NCBI GenBank assembly: GCA_036918135.1
Contig: JBALDB010000020.1
Span: forward strand, 1 to 64,000
Direction: 5' to 3'
Length of the DNA stretch: 64,000 nt
Source: Nostoc sp.
GTDB lineage: Bacteria; Cyanobacteriota; Cyanobacteriia; Cyanobacteriales; Nostocaceae
Shown: in pieces, positions 60,942 through 64,000 of the stretch
Layout: each line of letters starts with the position of its first letter
How positions within the stretch are numbered: position 1 is the stretch's first letter
Position numbers and translations under genes: made by a program
The notes under the pieces: generated by a model
What the model saw: the letters and a program-made list of their open reading frames with translations, nothing else
The model's database searches: none
Told to the model about the DNA's origin: nothing

Positions 60942-61188
60942 CCATTTAAGGGAACTCCAAGAAATAAATTATCCCATTTGAAGTTGCTGACTGATGAGTG
61001 ATGACTGTTGAGTGTGAGGGGGGAGATATTTTTATTTGTCAGTCCCTGAAAGCAATATTGCCAGATAAGTTGATTTCGATTTGATGTTTACAAGCGATTA
61101 AACCTGCCTTAAAGGAGAATTTAGAAGTCAGAACAGAATGCTATTTTAAAGTAGAAAGTAGTTTACTTGAAAGCATTTGTTATTACCA

Positions 61189-61581
61189 ATGAAAGTTTTA
61201 AGGTTAGTCTTGTCAGGCCTGTTGCTAGTAAATACCCCGGCTATGGCTGTTGAGTTTAAAGGACAAAATATTGACGGTCAAAAGCTGCCTGCGAAAGCTT
61301 ACTATTATGCAACTGGTGGTGTCTACAAAGTTCAGGTACGCTTTCATCACAAACGAGCCACAATTTACTTTAACGACGGCAACCAAGTAACTATACAGTT
61401 GAAGGGGCAGGTAATCACTGACTCAAACAATATTGAAGGCTTTGGAATACTAGGACAATATCCTTTAAATGGAACATTCAGTGTTGGGTTGGTGTATGGC
61501 GATAATTGGCTTGGCAGCAGCGATAATCAATTACAACAGTCCAATCCGCTCTCTGGTTTGTGGAAAATTACTTTAGAGTAA
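61189..61581 (+). CDS. Hypothetical secreted protein
   Basis: Signal-peptide-like start MKVLRLVLSGLLLVNTPAMA. Confidence 0.7.
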   Translation: MKVLRLVLSGLLLVNTPAMAVEFKGQNIDGQKLPAKAYYYATGGVYKVQVRFHHKRATIYFNDGNQVTIQLKGQVITDSNNIEGFGILGQYPLNGTFSVGLVYGDNWLGSSDNQLQQSNPLSGLWKITLE

Positions 61582-61587
61582 ATACCA

Positions 61588-62484
61588 ATGTTTCCTAATT
61601 TTCTACCATTACAAGTTAATCAACTAACAAACTCAAAAGCGATCGCTTTCGTCCAAAGTATTCAGAGAATTGCCCTTACAACGTCCTTCAGTCAATACCC
61701 AATCCTCACAACCTACATCCACAAGGGTAAGGGAGGAACACCAATTGTGCTGCTACACGGCTTCGACAGTTCAATTCTAGAGTTCCGTCTGCTGTTGCCA
61801 TTACTTGCTACTCAAAATCAAACATGGGCATTAGATTTGTTAGGTTTTGGCTTTACACAAAGGCAAAAAGAAATAACCTACAACCCAACTGCAATCCAAA
61901 TTCACCTTTACAATTTTTGGAAAACTTTAATTAACAGACCGATTACACTAGTAGGTGCATCAATGGGAGGTGCAGCTGCAATTGAGTTTACTCTCACTTA
62001 TCCTCAAGTTGTCAAATCGCTAGTATTGATTAATAGTTTAGGTTATACTAATTCTCCCGCCTTTAGCAAACACTTGTTTCCTCCTTTTGACTTCCTTGCT
62101 GTAGAATACTTACGTCAACGCCACATTTTGGCATTAAATTTTGGTAGTATTTTAGCTAGCTTTAATCCCGAAATCCTTTTGGCTATTCAGTGTGCAATGC
62201 TACATCAAGAAATGCCTAATTGGCATCATGCTATGATTTCTTATGTTAAAACTGGTGGTTATATTAACTTGGCAAATAGAATTACCCAAGTTGATAAACC
62301 AACACTGATTTTATGGGGAGAAGCTGATGATATGCTCCCATCTGAGGATGCAGAAAAATTTCAGCAAGATATCGCCAATTCGCAGCTAATAAAGCTCAAA
62401 AATTGTGGTCATGCCCCCCAAATTGAACAGCCCCAAATGACATCTCAATATATTTTACAGTTTGTAAATAATAGTAAAATTTAA
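61588..62484 (+). CDS. Alpha/beta-fold hydrolase
   Basis: LLHGFDSS, DLLGFG, nucleophile motif GASMGG, CGHAPQIE. Confidence 0.9.
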   Translation: MFPNFLPLQVNQLTNSKAIAFVQSIQRIALTTSFSQYPILTTYIHKGKGGTPIVLLHGFDSSILEFRLLLPLLATQNQTWALDLLGFGFTQRQKEITYNPTAIQIHLYNFWKTLINRPITLVGASMGGAAAIEFTLTYPQVVKSLVLINSLGYTNSPAFSKHLFPPFDFLAVEYLRQRHILALNFGSILASFNPEILLAIQCAMLHQEMPNWHHAMISYVKTGGYINLANRITQVDKPTLILWGEADDMLPSEDAEKFQQDIANSQLIKLKNCGHAPQIEQPQMTSQYILQFVNNSKI

Positions 62485-62849
62485 TTGTGTTTAAAATAAA
62501 TTTTTAACCTTCAGTAATAAGTTTAAGCTATTAAATTTGCTGAAACTGGCACGGTCGATTACGATAACATAAATGCTAGAAATCTCTTAGCCAAAGAATT
62601 TTATTTAGGTTGATATCTCCACAGGTCATGCCAGAGCGATCGCTCTTGGTTAATGTTGCTCTCAGGTTCTGCACTAATGCAAATATCAAGTTGTTAACAT
62701 GCATACCACAACGCTGAGTATTGAAATTAACTTGATATTGAGAATTTAGGTGACATTTTTTCTCAGTGTGCTATAAGTATATAACTGTACAAATAAATTT
62801 GCTAACGACAGGTATTTAATTAACTAACTATTAAGGATAAATCCATAAA

Positions 62850-63797
62850 ATGTATCACCCATATTTTAAATTTGTTACATTTTCTACATTATTTACATCA
62901 AGTTTGCTTCTTTTAGGACTCAAACCAGATACAGCAGATATTACTAATACACAGCTAAATGAACAGTCCATACTAGCAATTAATTGGGTACAGCAATCAG
63001 GGGAGTATCAAGCCCTGACATACCAAGCTTTCAATGTAGGCAAACTCGTATTTGAGCAAGCCAAAGCTAAAAAAGTACGCAACCCAGCCGTTATTGTTGA
63101 TATTGATGAGACAGTTCTTGATAATAGTGCTTATCACGCTGGTTTGATTGATACCAATAATAGTTTTGAACTAACAACATGGAATAAATGGGTAGCAGCT
63201 GCTAAAGCTAAGGCTGTCCCTGGTGCAGCGAAGTTTGTAAATTATATTAATGATAATGGTGGTAAAGTTTTTTTTATTTCTAACCGAGATAAAAGTAGTA
63301 AAAAAGATAGCCAAAATAATGATTTAGAAACAGCAACTATCAATAATTTAAAATCAACTGGTTTTAAAGGAGTTAATAGTACGACAGTATTATTAAGGGG
63401 TGAGTTTAGCAAAATTATTGATGCTAAAGAAAATAATTCAAAACAATGGCGACGAGAAGCAGTAGAAAATGGTAAGGCTGACGGTAAAAAATATACTGTG
63501 ATTGCTCTAATAGGCGATAATCTCAATGATTTTGATGAGACAGCAGGCAAAAATAATCAAGAACGACGCAATCACGTAGATAAGAATCGTCAACATTACG
63601 GAATATTTGATGCAGATTTCAACAGTAGAGTGATTGAACCTGCATATATTGTTCTTCCCAATCCTATGTATGGTAATTGGGAAATAGGACTATATAATCC
63701 CGAAGTTTTCAAAAAGCAAAGTGCTTTAGAATTGAGTCCATCTGAAAAAAATCAACAACGTAAACAGGCTTTAAATTCTTGGTCATCAGGTCGATAG
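62850..63797 (+). CDS. Class C acid phosphatase / 5'-nucleotidase, e(P4) family (HAD)
   Basis: VDIDETVLDNS, FFISNR, IGDNLNDF, LPNPMYGNWE, with an N-terminal signal. Confidence 0.9.
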   Translation: MYHPYFKFVTFSTLFTSSLLLLGLKPDTADITNTQLNEQSILAINWVQQSGEYQALTYQAFNVGKLVFEQAKAKKVRNPAVIVDIDETVLDNSAYHAGLIDTNNSFELTTWNKWVAAAKAKAVPGAAKFVNYINDNGGKVFFISNRDKSSKKDSQNNDLETATINNLKSTGFKGVNSTTVLLRGEFSKIIDAKENNSKQWRREAVENGKADGKKYTVIALIGDNLNDFDETAGKNNQERRNHVDKNRQHYGIFDADFNSRVIEPAYIVLPNPMYGNWEIGLYNPEVFKKQSALELSPSEKNQQRKQALNSWSSGR

Positions 63798-63891
63798 CTA
63801 ATGACTATCAATAGCAGGATATTTTTTTATTTGTCAGTCTCAAAGGCAAAAAGCGTGCTATATATGGATTTGTACAATAGATCAACAGTAG

Positions 63892-63920
63892 GCGATGCCT
63901 ACAGTGGGCTACGCCTACAC
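63892..63920 (+). repeat. SDR5-like 21-nt insertion in a HIP1-like site (intergenic)
   Basis: GCGAT-GCCTACAGTGGGCTACGCCTA-CAC. Confidence 0.7.
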
Positions 63921-64000
63921 TACTATTAATTGAAAATTAACCATACCACTTGCTCAGTCACGAGTCGATGGGATGAGTTGTTGAGTTGTTATTTATGATT

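Noticed and set aside
60948..61047. Possible MITE (AGGGAACTCC...GTCAGTCCCT) with TGA-rich short repeats
   Set aside because: The terminal repeats are too degenerate to call from this window alone.
2500..63550. Numerous short antisense or alternate-frame ORFs inside long genes
   Set aside because: They are shadows of well-supported CDSs and carry no recognisable motifs.

Overview
Filamentous cyanobacterial (Nostocales-like) DNA, judged from many HIP1 GCGATCGC sites and STRR/SDR-type micro-repeats. Bases 2303-37089 hold a five-gene NRPS-PKS assembly line I do not recognise: A(keto acid)-KR-T | C-A(Ile)-T-C-A(Thr)/N-MT-T | C-A(Thr)/FkbM-MT-T-C-A(Leu)-T | KS-AT-MT-ACP | C-A(Pro)-T-C-A(basic?)-T-E-C-T-TE. 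It is followed by an ABC exporter, a microviridin (graspetide) cassette with a 44-aa precursor and two ATP-grasp ligases, a LamG-patatin fusion, a small membrane protein, a second ABC exporter and a coiled-coil/GUN4 protein. The rest holds an IS630 element, secreted repeat proteins, two GT4 glycosyltransferases, a beta-propeller protein, a hydrolase and an e(P4)-type phosphatase. The most striking unexplained signals are two. First, a 9-bp-repeat promoter element (CTTAACTTT x4, fixed spacing, then TTG) sits in front of both the NRPS-PKS operon and the microviridin precursor 37 kb away, with a partial third copy facing a divergent, nonsense-broken AAA ATPase gene. Second, both ABC exporters end in a conserved helix-turn-helix-like tail. 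Together these suggest a co-regulated NRPS-PKS/RiPP supercluster, possibly with a transporter-borne regulator (inference). All domain and substrate calls were made by eye from motifs; no searches were run.
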